Under the pieces are notes generated by a model, which saw only the letters and a program-made list of their open reading frames with translations, was not told the DNA's origin and did no database searches. Shown here piece by piece: positions 26,627-41,000 of a stretch of 64,000 nt of DNA. The stretch is from Lytechinus pictus (Eukaryota). The translations under genes were made by a program, and so were the position numbers. Position 1 is the stretch's first letter; each line of letters opens with the position of its first letter. The stretch is from assembly GCF_037042905.1 (NCBI RefSeq), contig NC_087246.1:5892001-5956000 (forward strand), written 5' to 3'.

Positions 26627-26984
26627 TAAACATGAACACCAGTTGTGGTAACAAGTTTAAAATGATTCTGGACAGAACCCCAAGTGTTCATATGTGCCAA
26701 AGAATTCTAGTACAAAATGTGTAATTGCTAAAAATTTGACAAAACAAGCATGGTATTCCAGCTAGATATCAGTTTTTTTTCTCAAGCAATGAAAATGCCT
26801 TGTCCCATATGTGATTAGCTTTGTTGGTGATCTTCATGGTGATTGTTTATCAGCTTAGATTTCATGATTTTACACAGTTAGGTTTATGTAAATAAACTAG
26901 AGCTAGATCCAGAATATATGGTGACCACCTTGATTTTAAAGTATATGTCATCAAATCATTGTTTGCTGCGACTACTTTCCTTTG
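26627..26984. mobile_element. Decayed copy of the 20312-20712 MITE family downstream of the TMEM132 stop
   Basis: Shares CAGTTGTGGTAAC, ATATGTGCCAAAG, TGTGTAATTGCT, TGTTGGTGATCTTCA and AGATTTCA blocks in the same order. Confidence 0.65.
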
Positions 26985-27851
26985 ATACCATTTATGTAAA
27001 AACTAAAACCCCAATAATCCTCCCACCAATTCTGTGTGAGCTAAATTTTTAAAGTTATTTTCTGTAATTTGTTATGAATCAAAATATCTTTCCTATGTGA
27101 GAGGAAGCATCTCAATGTTATTTACATTTGCATTTTTCTTTTTGCAGACATTTAAAAATTATGTGAGTCTGTGCATGAAATTATGGATATGGGTGTATGT
27201 GTCTGGCTGTGTCTGTTTTCAATGTACATTGTGTGTACAGCGAATCGAGTGTGCATAACTATCTGTGTCATACATTATGATTGTACTGTACATTCTAATT
27301 TTCATGAAATGACTATGTGAAGAAAATGATTAAAAGAATTTTAATATAATGTACATAATGCATGTTTGCCAATGCAGTCAAATACATTTGATTGACCAAA
27401 ATCTATATGAATAATTGTTCTGTGTGTTAAACAGATATTTGTATATTTTGCATTCAGCACTTAGTGCATTTGATTATGTGTTAACCTACTATGTAACTCA
27501 TTCTACAGCTGTGTTAAGAACAGTTAGAGACAAGTGCTGCCTCTGGACAAATTTATTTCTAATCTGCCAAATTCTGCCAAATGTATTCACATATGAATTG
27601 TTTGACCTTGTAGGGAATTCAATAAATATCTGTATAGTTTCAGCAAATACTGCAAGTTTATCTAACAGCAAGCACTGTTAAATACCAACTTGTATGGAAT
27701 GGATGTCCAATATCCATGATATTACTTAATGTCAAATAATAAGATCACCCTTTAAGCATATACAAAAATAGATTTTATGTTCAAACATGGATTAATTTTG
27801 AAGTATCATACACATGTGATTTTTTTGTACCTGCTTAGTAAACTTGACTTT

Positions 27852-28455
27852 TTAAAGGGGTATTCCGGGCTGAAAATATATCTAAATAAATAAAGTAAAA
27901 TTCACAGAGCAAAATGCTGAAAAATTCATCAAATTCGGACAACAAATAACAAAGTTATTGAATTTTACAGTTTAGCAATATTTTGTGAAAATAGTTAAAT
28001 GCACATCATGAATATTCATTAGGTGGGATGATGATGTCACATCCCCACTTTTTTTTTCTTATGTTACATGAAATCATAATTTTTTCATACATGTGTGAAT
28101 TACATGTGTGAATAATATCATAATGAAATAAGTTGCAGTAATGAATATCTAATGCACTAACTGAATCAGTTGTCAATCCAAATTTTTCAGTTCTTGTTAG
28201 AAAAAATATGAATGAAGCTAATTTCATATAATAAAATACAAAAGAACAAGTGGGGATATGACATCATCAAGTTGCTCATTGAATATTCATAAAGACATGC
28301 CTAGAACGGTTTCACCAGAATAATGCAAATCTTTAAAATGCCATAACTTTGTTATTCTTTGTCCGATTTTGATAAAATTTTCAGTGTTTTGTTTGTCTGA
28401 TTTTTCTTTATCTGTTTAAATCTTATTTAAATCTCAGCCTGGAGCATCCCTTTAA
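27852..28455. mobile_element. Kolobok-like MITE with internal inverted repeats
   Basis: TTAA-AGGGGTATTCCGGGCTG ... CAGCCTGGAGCATCCCT-TTAA; internal ATGAATATTCATTAGGTGGG..GATGATGTCAC inverted blocks; sibling at 56559-57125. Confidence 0.8.
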
Positions 28456-28674
28456 GCAACGGAAATATTGATATCCACTGTATATTAAGATATATTGTTG
28501 TTTTTTGTACTTAATTGAATGATTGCAGAAATTTAAGGACCTACATAAGTTAGACCTACATGTATGGGTGGGACTTAATAGGAATTGTCTTTGATATCAA
28601 CCTTTGATACCATTGCTGTACAAAGTAATGTTGGTATTCCGTGCATTTCATTTGTAATTTTTATAGTTTGCTAA

Positions 28675-28837
28675 TACCTTGGTCACATTTGCTCTACAGC
28701 GGCCGTACAGCGAGTCGAAAACAGCCGTTTTATTAATTTTAATTCAAACCACCTATATGTAGTTAGTACAAAAAAATGTTTAAACGGCTGTTTTCGACTC
28801 GCCGTTTGGCCGCCGTAGAGCAAATGTGACCAAGGTA
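28675..28837. mobile_element. Tourist/Harbinger-type hairpin MITE
   Basis: About 55-bp TIRs TACCTTGGTCACATTTGCTCTAC..; exact TAA target duplication (28672-28674, 28838-28840). Confidence 0.9.
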
Positions 28838-29563
28838 TAAGTATGACACTCCATGTGAAAAGTCTGGCTTTTTGTACATACTTCAATTATGTACAGACTT
28901 GAACCCAATCCTTTCACCCCAGTCATTGATGCTTTGATTTTTTTTATACTTAACTATGCATATTATAGGGCTATATTTCATTCTAGTGTGCTACAATGGT
29001 TTTAATAATGTACATGAGGTAACCACCGTCTTTTTATTTATAAAAAGAGAAACAGTACTTATTTTTCTAACTCTATTCTCATGAATGGACTTTCCCACCA
29101 AGTAACAACTTCTATTTTCATTCAATTGCAATGCATATTACCAAGACAATTGTAATAATTATCTAATGTGTAGAATTTTACAAATTTGAAGAGCTAGTTC
29201 ATTTATTTTTTTCTTTGTATTCGTAACATTTGTTCCCACCTAAATTATTTTATTTAGATACATTTAAAGGCAGTCATTACCCACCAGTCCATATGTACAA
29301 ATTGGAATCCACTAATTATGGCTTGTGGCATAATTAATAAACTTTTTTTATTCTTTTTTATTGCCTGTCTGTAAAAGACATTGGTTCAGTTGTTTTCTCA
29401 GTTGAAATACCTAGTTGCATGTTACCATTTCATCTATTACAAATGTCCCACATAATGATCTTGTAATGAAAGGAGAAGGATGGTATTATCTTTGTAATAT
29501 TTGCCATGAATGAAGAAGATCAAATTTGGCATCCCATAAAGATTGAATGTTGATGAATCTAAT

Positions 29564-29684
29564 CAGGGTCCTGTAACACAAAGTTTAGTGATTGATCATA
29601 CACTTGATTTTTACGATTGTACATTGTAATCAATCATAAACAAATATTCTGCGATCATTGCAAAGCTTTGTGTAACTGGCCCCA
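29564..29684. mobile_element. Short MITE
   Basis: GGGTCCTGTAACACAAAG / CTTTGTGTAACTGGCCCC imperfect TIRs. Confidence 0.6.
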
Positions 29685-31876
29685 TGACCTAGTTCAACTC
29701 AATTTTCCAGAATACCAGCCCAGTAGTGCTGGAATACTCTGGTTAAATAAAGGTGTGGTTTAAACCTCCAATCTTTTCTCTTATTGAAACATTTTGCTAT
29801 CATTGATACAAGCCCCTGTGTTATTCCATCATAGTCAGAGAAATTGCTTTCATAAACAATGACTTTCAGAATAAGAAAATAATCCATATAATTGGAATTT
29901 ATGTGAAAAGACATAAAAGCAAGAGAATGTTGAATTCAATAGCCTTTCAAAGTCTTTTGATGATTATGATGCTCAAGAAGCACTTCATAATGATAGGATT
30001 AATTTCCATGTATTATGGTGGACAGTTAATGTCATTGGTTGCTTTTATATTTATATCGGTCATAATTCCAATATTAACAATATAATCAAGATTTGTACAT
30101 CCATTGAAGACTGATGAAAGTATAAACCTGTTATGACAGAATGCTTATCACCAATTAGATTCAGAAGCACACACAAAGCATTATTGTACGGGGAATTGAA
30201 CATATTTTTTTATAAAACACATAAAATTCCTTAAGTGTTGGTGAGATGCACATTTTTTTCCTTATACAATGTAAATGTTGTCATGTTTTGACAACTTCTT
30301 TCTAAATCTGCTCTTTTCTAGACATGTGCAGTGAAACCTGCTAGTGTTTCCTTTAATTTGAATACAAACCAACTGATTCTCATTGGATTATTGTTAACAA
30401 CAATAGAAACAGTTTGTTTTGGTTAAAATTATGCTTCTTTACACATTATTTTCTATTGGCTTTCAAACACACATATTCATCTTTTATGGGTATGCTTATT
30501 TATCATAAATGAGTATGAATATTATGTTAGATCTGAGTTACATGTCACAGATAAATGTTACTTGGCTTCTTGATATGATTTTGATCCATTTGATTTTTTT
30601 TCCCTCATGAATTATACTTATCTTTTGGAAAATTTTGTTGTTTTAAACAAAAAAAAATCTACATTTATGAGCTTTTTATCTTTGCCAAAATGTACATGTT
30701 TTTTTTTCTTTTTAAGTTGTAACTACAACAATTTCTCAAAGTTTTGTGTATAATTATGCAGAATATTTTTTATTGGAGTCTCATTATTATGTAGTCTTGT
30801 AAAGACCAATATATTGACATCTGAAGCATGAATGATCTCTGTATGAAAATTATTCATGAAAGTTATCAAGAATTTAAGATTGAATGCACACAGGAGCATT
30901 TAGAAAAAAAAAATCATGTGCGATTATGTGTGCATGTGTGTGTTGTTTTTGCTCATGACAAGTGTTTGTGCTGTTTCTATATACACTCACATAAAGTTAT
31001 TTGTACAGGACCTTTGCATAAATGTAGATACATATTGCCAATCTAAACTTTATATATTATGAAGAATGATGAAGATGACTTATTCTCCATATTTTATCTC
31101 CTCATGGAGAGAAATTGAATATGAAATAATAAAAAAAATGATGAAACTCTGCTCATACCCTTGATATTGAATCATATGTTAGACTGTAGGAAGAATGAAA
31201 GCGTAAGGGAGAGAAGGAGAGGGAATGGAGGGTCAAGTGGTAAGTTTGAGGGATACCTGGAAATGATGTGCAAGATTGAGAGAGGAAGGGGGTACACAGA
31301 ATAAACAGTTCAATTGAGGTGGGGATGGAGGGAAGGGGATATTACAGCTAGCACACAATTTAGTTAGTAGAATATATAAAAGGAGTCAGTAGTGTTTTCC
31401 AAGTAGGCCTAGCATTTTTTGTAATGATATTTTTATACTTTTTATCATGAAATTATTATTGTATTCCTATTTGTTTAAAATGTTTTCACAGTTTTATAAT
31501 ATCTCTTCAATGCTCCCTATAAAGCAAGAAGTGGAAATAAATGAAGTAAAAATAAATAAAGGATTTAGCATGTTTAGTAAAATCTTCATTTTTGTAACTT
31601 TATCTAATGATAAATCAAGGGGGGTGTCAAAGAAGTTACCGCTCATTTCAATATTTCAAGTTTGGTTTAATAAAAACTGGGATAAGGGGTGAGGAAAAGA
31701 GGAAGAAAATAAATTAAAGGAAAACATATGAAGAATTGTTTGGGCCTATAAAGATTGTAGAAGATTAAATAACTCAGTTTTAGGCCGTCTTGCCGGGCAA
31801 GACAACCTGAAAGTGATGCCAACCCCCATACAAAAAATAACTTGGCGCCTTCCCAGATACATCAGCGTCAGCGTGG

Positions 31877-32258
31877 CCAGTGAAAAAAATCCAATTATGC
31901 CAGAGGAGCAGCGAAATTATGCTAAATCGCGAAAAATTATGCCAAACCGTTTTGGACCCTAGGATTTTCCACAGCACAGGGGGGGGGGGGCAAAAAGAAA
32001 AAAAAAAAGGTCTTCAATCACAAATAAAGGATTTCGTACCAGAAAAAAAATTGACAAGCACAAAAAAAAATGATGCTAAATATGCTATTATTATGCCAGA
32101 TTCTTTGCTTAAAAAAAGTCTAATTATGCCCCAAATTATGCTGAAAGGGTCGAAATTATGCCAGAAAAAAAGTCTAATTATGCCAGGCATAATGAATTAT
32201 GCTGAAAGGGTCGAAATTATGCCAAAAAGCATAATTATGCCAGTTCTGGCAACGTTGA
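31877..32258. repeat. Element with about 11 copies of AATTATGC, probably subterminal repeats of a DNA transposon, upstream of SHPK
   Basis: AATTATGC(C/T) is reiterated, including duplicated GCTGAAAGGG(G)TCGAAATTATGCC and AAAAAAAGTCTAATTATGCC blocks. Confidence 0.6.
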
Positions 32259-32759
32259 TCAGCGTGCAATCAAATGACAAAAAATGGTAGAAATGTGTCT
32301 TGCCATTATATTTTCTCTCATTGCCGACGGTGGCGGTGTGCAAAGAAGAGCATGTCTACGGATAGACAGGAATAACCGTCGTTTCTGGGGATTTCCTTAA
32401 CAATTCTGACATTTCACCATAATCCCCATTCACCATGTATGGTGAGTGGAGCCAACGTAGTTCAGCGGAACAACCAAAATACAGAGACTGAAGCTTTTGG
32501 TCTAGTCTACGGGGGGTTCCATGGACAATTGGCTTCGTAAAACAAAAGAACAGTTCTATGAAAGACCCTTTCATGCAAACAGGCCCCTGGATTAAACATT
32601 TGGCTTGCCATACACACACGATCATGGCACACGCCCACTTCGGACAGCAGTCAGGTAGACTAGTCAAACTTCAAAGTACTAATTTATTGTTTTTCAGGCA
32701 TCAAGAAATCTCATTTCAATTACAATTGAACTCTGCATGAATGATAGATATTAAGAACT

Positions 32760-35700
32760 ATGAATGTGAGGTCTGTAGACACAAAACTTGGTATCGATTT
32801 AGGTACAACCTCTGTCAAATTGTCGCTGATCAATGGCACAAGCCGCGAGGTATTGTTTGCCGTCGCACGTCCCACAGCGGCCAGGACTGTCGGCGTGGAG
32901 AGCCCACCGTTGTCTGATGAACAGGACGTCAAGAAAATTTTCATCACTATTCAAGCATGTCTACACGATCTAGCACAGTTTTATTCCGCATGCGATGCTA
33001 CTTACAAATTGAAGGCAGTCGGTGTAACAGGGCAGATGCACGGAATTGTTTTTTGGAGATCTGACTTGACAATCGATGACATTGTGAAAGAAAAAGATGA
33101 TGGAATTGAGAGCCGGGAGAATTTCAGTAATCTGTTTACCTGGCAAGATGGAAGATGCACTCCTGGATTTCTAGCTGAACTACCATCCCCTGATTCACAC
33201 CTCAGGTTAGCTACAGGTCATGGTTGTGCTACTGCTTTCTGGCTCCAGAGAAACAACTCACATTTTGTGCAGAGATTTGATCGAGCTGGATCAATCATGG
33301 ATATGTTTGTGACATTGATATGCGGGATAGAGACTCCTATTATGTCAACACAGAATGCAGCAAGCTGGGGTTATTTCAACTGCAAATCAAATACATGGAA
33401 TTCTCAAAAGTAAATTCAACGTGCTATACATACGTATCTTGTGTGGAATTTGTTTTTTACGTAGATAAATCTATCTTGATCAGTTGAATGAGTTGATTGT
33501 TAAATTTAATTTATTTTTTCAACAATCTAATTCTAAATCATTGTTGGTTTGATGATTTGGCTTCCCTTCAGAATACAATGCAACACTATAACCTAGAGGA
33601 TGTTGTAATTTCTTTCCTATTGAGGTACATATGAGAAATATGTTCTAACAGTAGAAAATCATGTTGCATTGCATTTTGAAATACCCCAATGATTATGTTT
33701 CATTTGGTTTAATTAATTTGAATAATACATTCCTCTGTACTAAACATTCTTGACCTTGAAAAAAAGCTGGCCTTATCGTGAAATTAGTCACCTCTCTTCT
33801 CGTGTGTGTGCACTCGTGTACAAAGTCAATGGAAGTTGACGAAATAAACTGCAGTGAATGGACTGGTGACTTAAACCAGGATAATGCCAAAAGCACTTTA
33901 GACATACATGTAGATTATAGGAGTTATTTATTTAGTCTATTGCATAATATTGCCTGTTGGGAGTTGGTATTCTTTTAGAATGCAGTCAGCAGATAGAAAA
34001 TTGGGTTGGGTGTAGGATTTTTTCACTAGTTGCCATAGTATTGGTAAATTAGGATGTGATCTTCAATGTGTATGTGGTCAGGATGCAAATTTGGCTTGTT
34101 ATGTGATATCTTTGGATCAAACAAATCATGATTTTCCAACATGAACTTTACTCTTCTTTTTTTTTGCTTTTGACAATGCAATAATTGATAATTGTACAAG
34201 TATATGATATCTTTTTTTTAAATTTTTGTTGTGGTCTTACTCATCAAGCAGTTTAAAAAGCTCAGAAATAGCCTAAGCATTTCAAAGCTTAATTATAATC
34301 GAAATTATTGAAAATAAGTTTTCAGAATCTTAAGAATATCCATTTGATGGGAAACACATACAAATTGTGGAAGATAATACCTCGATCAATGTCCAGCTTT
34401 TCAGGCAGTGTTTCAATTCTAAGTTAGAATATTTACAACCCGATGTTGATTCCTTTGTTTTAGACTGTCACGTGCTGGGTTTCCTGTTCATCTCCTTCCT
34501 GAAGTAAGAGCTCCTGGTAGTATTGCAGGTCAAATCAAGAGATGTAGTTGGTGTGATGGCGTCTTACCAGAAGGTGTTGATGTAGGAGTTGGGATGGGAG
34601 ACCTTCCATGTAACATGCTACCAGTCTTACAGACACCAACTCATGGAGGTATTTTCTGTTACAAATAAAATAATAGTATAATTTTAAGCTTTACTCTATA
34701 GATGTTTCCACAGCACAACCAGGCTGGTATTTCATAATGCTGTTTGTAAGTTACGAGTGACTTTACAAACAACTGGTGATCCTTTCTCGTGGTAAATGAT
34801 ACATACCTAATTTTCATTGATGTTGATTTGGCACCTAAGAAAGGATCACTGGTGACCGCTGGTTCATAAAGTTGCTCATAACTTGAGAACAACTTAGTGA
34901 AACATCTACCCAGATTGTCCAGGGAAGTGTCTGACTTTCTTTCAAAAAGCAAAAAAAAAATGTGATAAGCAAAATAATAGGGAGGGAATCACTACCCAGT
35001 GGGATTGGTTCATTTTTCATCTAGAACGTTTTTTGAGAAGCAAAATAAAAAGCTCTTAAATTTGTTCACCATTGTTCTATTGTCTTCCCAAAATGTCAAA
35101 TTTTTCCATTCAGAGGGTGGGACCCTGCCCTACCTTCATAGATCTGTAGATGAGACCCACTTGTGTGTTTTTAATCCTTCCTCATCTTTAATTATTGTAT
35201 TACTAAGGTACACTTTTAAACTTCCATAATGTTGGTGAGTAGGCAAGAAAAAAAATAGCCTGTAGACTGATTCTGATTTTCGCTTAACTGATACCCCTAG
35301 GCAATATTCAAATTGGTATAAGCAGCAATTCTGCTTTTTTTTTCAATCGTTATGAAACATCTGCTATTCAGCAAGAGGTTCAGTTGACTTACAATCATAA
35401 CAGACATATACTGTGTATGACCTATGAGCACAGGAATGGACCATGGCAAATAAATTGAATATTACATGTGTTACAATGGTAATGTACAATAACAAGAGTA
35501 ATATTTTGAACTTGTACTTCATTTCTTTATTCCATAAGTTCCTGTATTGTGAAACAAATAAAGTTTGGATGAATATGCTCCATGAAATAATGGTGAAAAA
35601 ATGTATGCAATTCAACCAATCCCTTATGATCTATTGCAGTGATAAGCATCAGTACATCTGCTCAGATTGTTACTAGCACTCCACCTGGTTTCACTCCACC

Positions 35701-36238
35701 GCCATCGGATGGCTCATCCCCCATTGAGTACTTCCCATTCTTTGACAGGAAGTTCCTCTCTGTAGCTGCTTCACTAACAGGAGGTAATGTCCTTGCCCAC
35801 CTGGTGACTACACTCCAGGAGTGGCTGAGTGCTTTAGATTTACCCCAAGCATCCGATAGAGATAGATTATTCTTAATGATGATTGACTCAGGTTTGAAAT
35901 GCAAGGATACCACTCTTGTGGTTGATCCTGTCCTTGGAGGAGAACGGCATCAGCCAAACAGAAGGGGTTCGGTGTCCAACATTGGGTTTGAGAACCTATC
36001 TCTTGGTGATATCTTCAGGGCCACTTGCAGAGGTATTGCAAAGAACCTCAGCAGAATGTGCCCTGCAGAAGAGATGGTTAACAAGGGAGTGACACAGGTT
36101 GTTGGATGTGGCAGTGCCCTGCTTCGTGACCCGGTACTCAAGGAAGAGCTCGAGAAAGCATTTCAGAGTTTGCCATTCGTGTATAGTGATAAGGGTGATG
36201 CATCGTTAGGAGCAGCATTAGCAATGTGTACAGATTAA
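32760..36238 (+). CDS. SHPK: Sedoheptulokinase (CARKL, FGGY carbohydrate kinase family), 477 aa; join(32760..33409,34464..34648,35640..36238)
   Basis: Motifs LGIDLGTTSVK, VGVTGQMHGIVFW, LFTWQDGRC, SHLRLATGHGCATAFWL, MSTQNAASWGYF, GFPVHLLPEV, STSAQ, VAASLTGGNVLA, GERH, GCGSAL, DASLGAALA. Exons of 650+185+599 nt join in phase through canonical splice sites. Confidence 0.95.
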
Positions 36239-36411
36239 ATCAGTTAATACACTGCTTTTTCATCACTTCTACTTTTTACTGGTGATGTTTCACATTGTTG
36301 GAAAATTAGTTATCTTGGTGGAGCATGAAGGTAAAGAGAATGGAGTGACAACGATATGCAAATTGTTTCCATTCTCTAAAGAAGTACAAAAGAATACACA
36401 GGTGCACTGTA

Positions 36412-37026
36412 GGCTTTGGTGGCGACCTATGATGCCGCCAATTTCATGCGAACACTGAAAAGTGATTTATGTTGAAAATAGATAACTGGGATATTTCCAT
36501 TTTTATTTGAGCACGAAACATAGATACATGTATTGAACACATGAGGAAATATACATCAAAGGCTTATTGTGTCGTGATATTGGGCAAAATATTGAATGAT
36601 ACCATGTTTAAAATGTAATAAAACCTAATAATTTGATGTTTTTAAAATCAACAAAAAAATCCCACAAACTTCCACACTATAAAAATATTATGATCAGTTG
36701 GAATATATTAATTTGTGATGCTATGTGTCAGAACTGTGGCCAAATGCGGCCAGTAGAGTAATTTGAAATCATATTTCAAGAAATATTGCTACATTTATTT
36801 TTGCTATCCCCTTTACAAAAGTGAGCAATGTGTCTGCTCATATTATCCAACCACAGGCAGCATGAAGTAATTATCATTACAAAATCATGTTTCCTTTTGT
36901 AATTCACCTGTAAGTCTGTAGTTAGGCAGGAATTTTTTTGTCTATAATCTGCAAAAAATATGCAATGAAACACATGTGTAACATACATTATTTTATCATT
37001 GCGGCATCAAAGTGGTTATCAAGGGA
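36412..37026. mobile_element. Decayed DNA transposon, piggyBac-like ends
   Basis: CTTTGGTGGCGACCTATGATGCCGC / GCGGCATCAAAGTGGTTATCAAGGG imperfect inverted ends. Confidence 0.4.
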
Positions 37027-38175
37027 AAGTGTTGGATGGTTGTCCATGTCTTAAAACTCATTGGGTGGAGAGCATTTGATATGCTATGTATTGGATTATG
37101 CAACTTCAACCAGTTGGCTGTATGAAATTTTGGGTCACAGAACAATGGCATTTTCAATGAACATTCAATCTTATGACTAATACCATTTTATTCAATTCTC
37201 CCTTGTGAAAGCCTGTTTCTATGTAATACCTCATGGTAGATCCTTCTGGGATGGGATGGGGGGTTGAAAACTTGCTATATATGATTATTTAACACCCATC
37301 AAGTCTAATGTCATACACAGGTGACTCTGCCTAAGTCAAATCTCTTCAGATCACAGAAATATATCTAACTTTAAAGGGGAATAAAACTTTTGGAACAAGT
37401 GGGCTTGTGTGGAAAGAGAAAAATCAAAAGAATAAGATCAAAGAAAGTTTGAGAAAAATCAGACAAATAATGATAAAGTTATGAGCATTTGAATATTGCG
37501 ATCACTAATGCTATGGAGATCCTCCCATTGGCAATGCGACAAAGATGTGTGATATCACATGCGAACAACTTCCCTATGATGGACTATAAAATTCCCCCAA
37601 AATGTCTCTTTTAATATGGAAGGTTGATTTGTGCAGAGTCTACTATAGTAATTTACTGTGTTCTATGTAATCCTACAGGTTGTGGCCACATTCCGATAGT
37701 CATGAAACATACCAAATTAAAGATCAAGCAGATAAAGATGTTGAGTTAATGAAACTGGAAACAACATTTATAGCATTCACAAACATGTTCAATTTGCAGA
37801 CAAGAGAAGGTAGAAAGCAGGCTAGTTCCTAGCTCATGATATAATTGGATGAGTGTAATAATACCTAAGTGAAATATTGTATGATCGTGACATTTCAGGA
37901 TGAAATGTAAAAGAAAAATAATGTTTAATTGAATTAAATTGAATTGAAAATGCAAGTAATCACATAAACCCATATTCTGAACTCATGCTTAATTGATACT
38001 CAAGTTGTATTTTTAATTTTAACCATTGACACCAAATTCAGTAATAGCTGTCTGGGTATGATAAATAGGATAGTTTCCTTCACAATAAAAGCATGCAGAA
38101 AGAACATGGTACAAATTGAAATCAAAATGTTGGAATTTATGGCTTATAATAATTGTAGCAATTTTAGACCATGGC

Positions 38176-38785
38176 TTAAAGGGGAATCCAGCCTTGGCCA
38201 TTAAATGTTGTATTGGGAAGGAGAAAAATAAATTAAACAGAATGGTGAAAGTTTGAAAGAAATCGGACAAGCAATAAGAAAGTTATAGCTGCTTTAAAAT
38301 TGAGATCACTAATACTATGTAGATTTCAAATTGGCAACTGGGTAAGTAAATTATGACAAGGGGCAAGGACTTTCCCATAGGCCATGTACTTTATTATCAG
38401 GGATTTATGGTTTTCTCTTAAGTACCCATTTCCCTGGGGCAGTAATATAAATATAACCCAGGTAGTATATTGTTTTATGTCCTTATGAAAGAAAAATATA
38501 ATTTGAAATAAAACTTTTTGGAAAAATTACACTTTAGCCATAATATGTATTGGAGTAGTACTCAGTACATGGAAGAGTAGTCCTTGCCTTACATCACTAT
38601 GACATCCCATATGCGGCCAATTTGAAGTCTCCATGGGTATAGTGATTACCAATATTTACAACTTTTAAAAATTCATAACTTTCCTGTTGTTTGTCCTTTA
38701 TTGTTCAAACTTTCACCTATCAACTTGTCTGATTTTTATTTTCCCTATAAAAACAAGTTTTTATTTGGGTTGGATTTCCCTTTAA
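38176..38785. mobile_element. Kolobok-like MITE
   Basis: TTAA-AGGGGAATCCAGCC ... GGTTGGATTTCCCT-TTAA; partial relative from 37371. Confidence 0.8.
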
Positions 38786-41000
38786 GTTTAACTGCAGGTT
38801 TCAACTTGATTTACCTTTATTCAAGACAACTTCAAGATATATCTGATATTATAGTGAACTGGTAATTCCAATACATTGAAGAGGATACTACCAGGAAATG
38901 TCGTTCTTGTTTGGTGGTGGAGAAATGTTTCATAAAACTGTTTGTGAAGTTGTGTATGACTTTGCAAGCTACTTGGAGATGAAGTGCTAGAAAGTGAGCC
39001 ACAAGTTCTTCACAAGCAAACTTTATCTGTACTTCAACTACTTTCATTTACATCAAGGCAAAAAGCATACTTTATAAATTTGTTTTGATAGTGTTTATCT
39101 ATATTTGCAAATTTTAACCTCAGTTCTTTGTGTGATTAGGACTAACTATTGGCTAGTTATATAACATGTTGTTCATAAGGTTGTGCACAACTTTCCAAGC
39201 AGCTTAATGAAATGGCCGCCAGGTATTGTGAACTTTCTCAAAGGATTGATTTAAAAAGGAAATGATTGTAAAATGAAATGCATTGCACAAAATGGACGCG
39301 TTTTTGTTTGGCAAACAATTCACTAGAATCTAGAATAACTGTACCAAACCTGAGTAAAGTTGAAAAGTAATTGTCAAATTTCTACAGACTGCAATAAAGC
39401 TGTTGTGAAAGCCCAGACAATATTTGTCAATCTGTCATCTTTCTCCAGAAAACATAGTGTTCTTTCAAGGCAACAAAAGGGCAAAATAAAACAGAAACGT
39501 AGAACTGAAAATCCAATTGTATAATCGGATGTTAACTGTCAAATTAACCAAATCAACCTTTTTTAAATTTTTGCACTGTTTTGAAAGAAAGTATACTTAT
39601 GTCTATATCAATATGAATCTATATTAATAGAGTGATTTAGTATTTGATTAAATAACAATTATTTTTCAATGTTATGATGCAAAAATGTAGTGCATGGCCG
39701 AGTTCTTCATGGAATGTGTTAAATCATCCTTACAATTCCAACTTTTGATCCACGTTCGTGAAAAATATTGCAGGATGTCTTATAAAATGGTAAAGAAAAA
39801 GTTGATTTTTTTAGTTATAATAGCATCAGCTCTCTCTTTCTCTTGCATGCACATCACTATTTTAGCCAGGAAATACAAAACTAATAAAATAATCTTTACA
39901 TTTTTTATTTACTTTTACAAATTTTTTTGTGATATTTTTTTATAGAGACTGTTTCTGAAAACAACTGGGCATGAAATACCCTTAAGTCCATGCTAACAAA
40001 AGGGTGACTTACATGAATTGAAGGAGAAATATCATGCAAGCATAACACTCAAAACATAATCATAATCGATATAAAATAGGAACGTTATGACATTTTAAAA
40101 TTTCACGTAATTACCTGTAGCTATATGCACATTCTGGTCGTTATAGGAGTGAGAAACACCAGATATGACTTCTAGTCATTTTTTCTAATGCGTTTTGCTT
40201 TATGAAATATGAAATATATTTTCTCATTTAATCAAAAACAGTTTTATACCTCTTTAAAATGTGGCATCGCTATTTTTGTACCCTATTGCGATTCAATGAC
40301 AAGTATCCCTTTTGTCAAATCTGCCAAAAATGTGAAATATTGTATAATAAAATACAAAAGAAAGAAGGAGTATGTGACATCAATGATTCTTTAATTTGTG
40401 TATCACCGTGTTGTGCATATTAGTGTTTCATTAGAAATAAGAGAAATTTCAAAATGTCAAATGATCAAATCGGATGTACATTAAGAAACATATGTATGTT
40501 TCTTATTATACATTCAATTTGATCAAATCTTTGCAGTTTGATTTTTCTTTTATTGAAATGTACCTATTGTTGAGGTAGACTTTCCGTCTAAGGATATCCT
40601 TTTAGATTGCACACTTTTTCTCCATTAGATGTAACTGGGCAACGAGAATTGTGGGGAGGAGTGAGAGGAATGAGGCCAGTTCTGTTATTCTCTTTTTTTT
40701 CACCAACTTACAGATAATTTATCGACTCTTTGGGCAGCTTTAAGCTTTGATTGTTAAATCATCAACATAGGCAATTGATGAAATAATTATAAAAATCTCT
40801 GTTCGTTCGACTATTTTTTTCATTCTTCACTTAATAAACTGCTCAAGTCATGATATATTGAAAGTATTTTGTTTATATGAACTTGGGGGGAAAAAATCGT
40901 CATTACGGGCGCCACAGAAGAACATGCCAATGTATTTGTATGTTTTGGGGTTTGTGAATGAAATGATGTGCAAAAAGTTTGGTCGGCAAAAACCGTATCA

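Noticed and set aside
31880..32290. 136-aa ORF with IMP repeats
   Set aside because: Arises from AATTATGC repeats and homopolymer runs; no recognisable domain.
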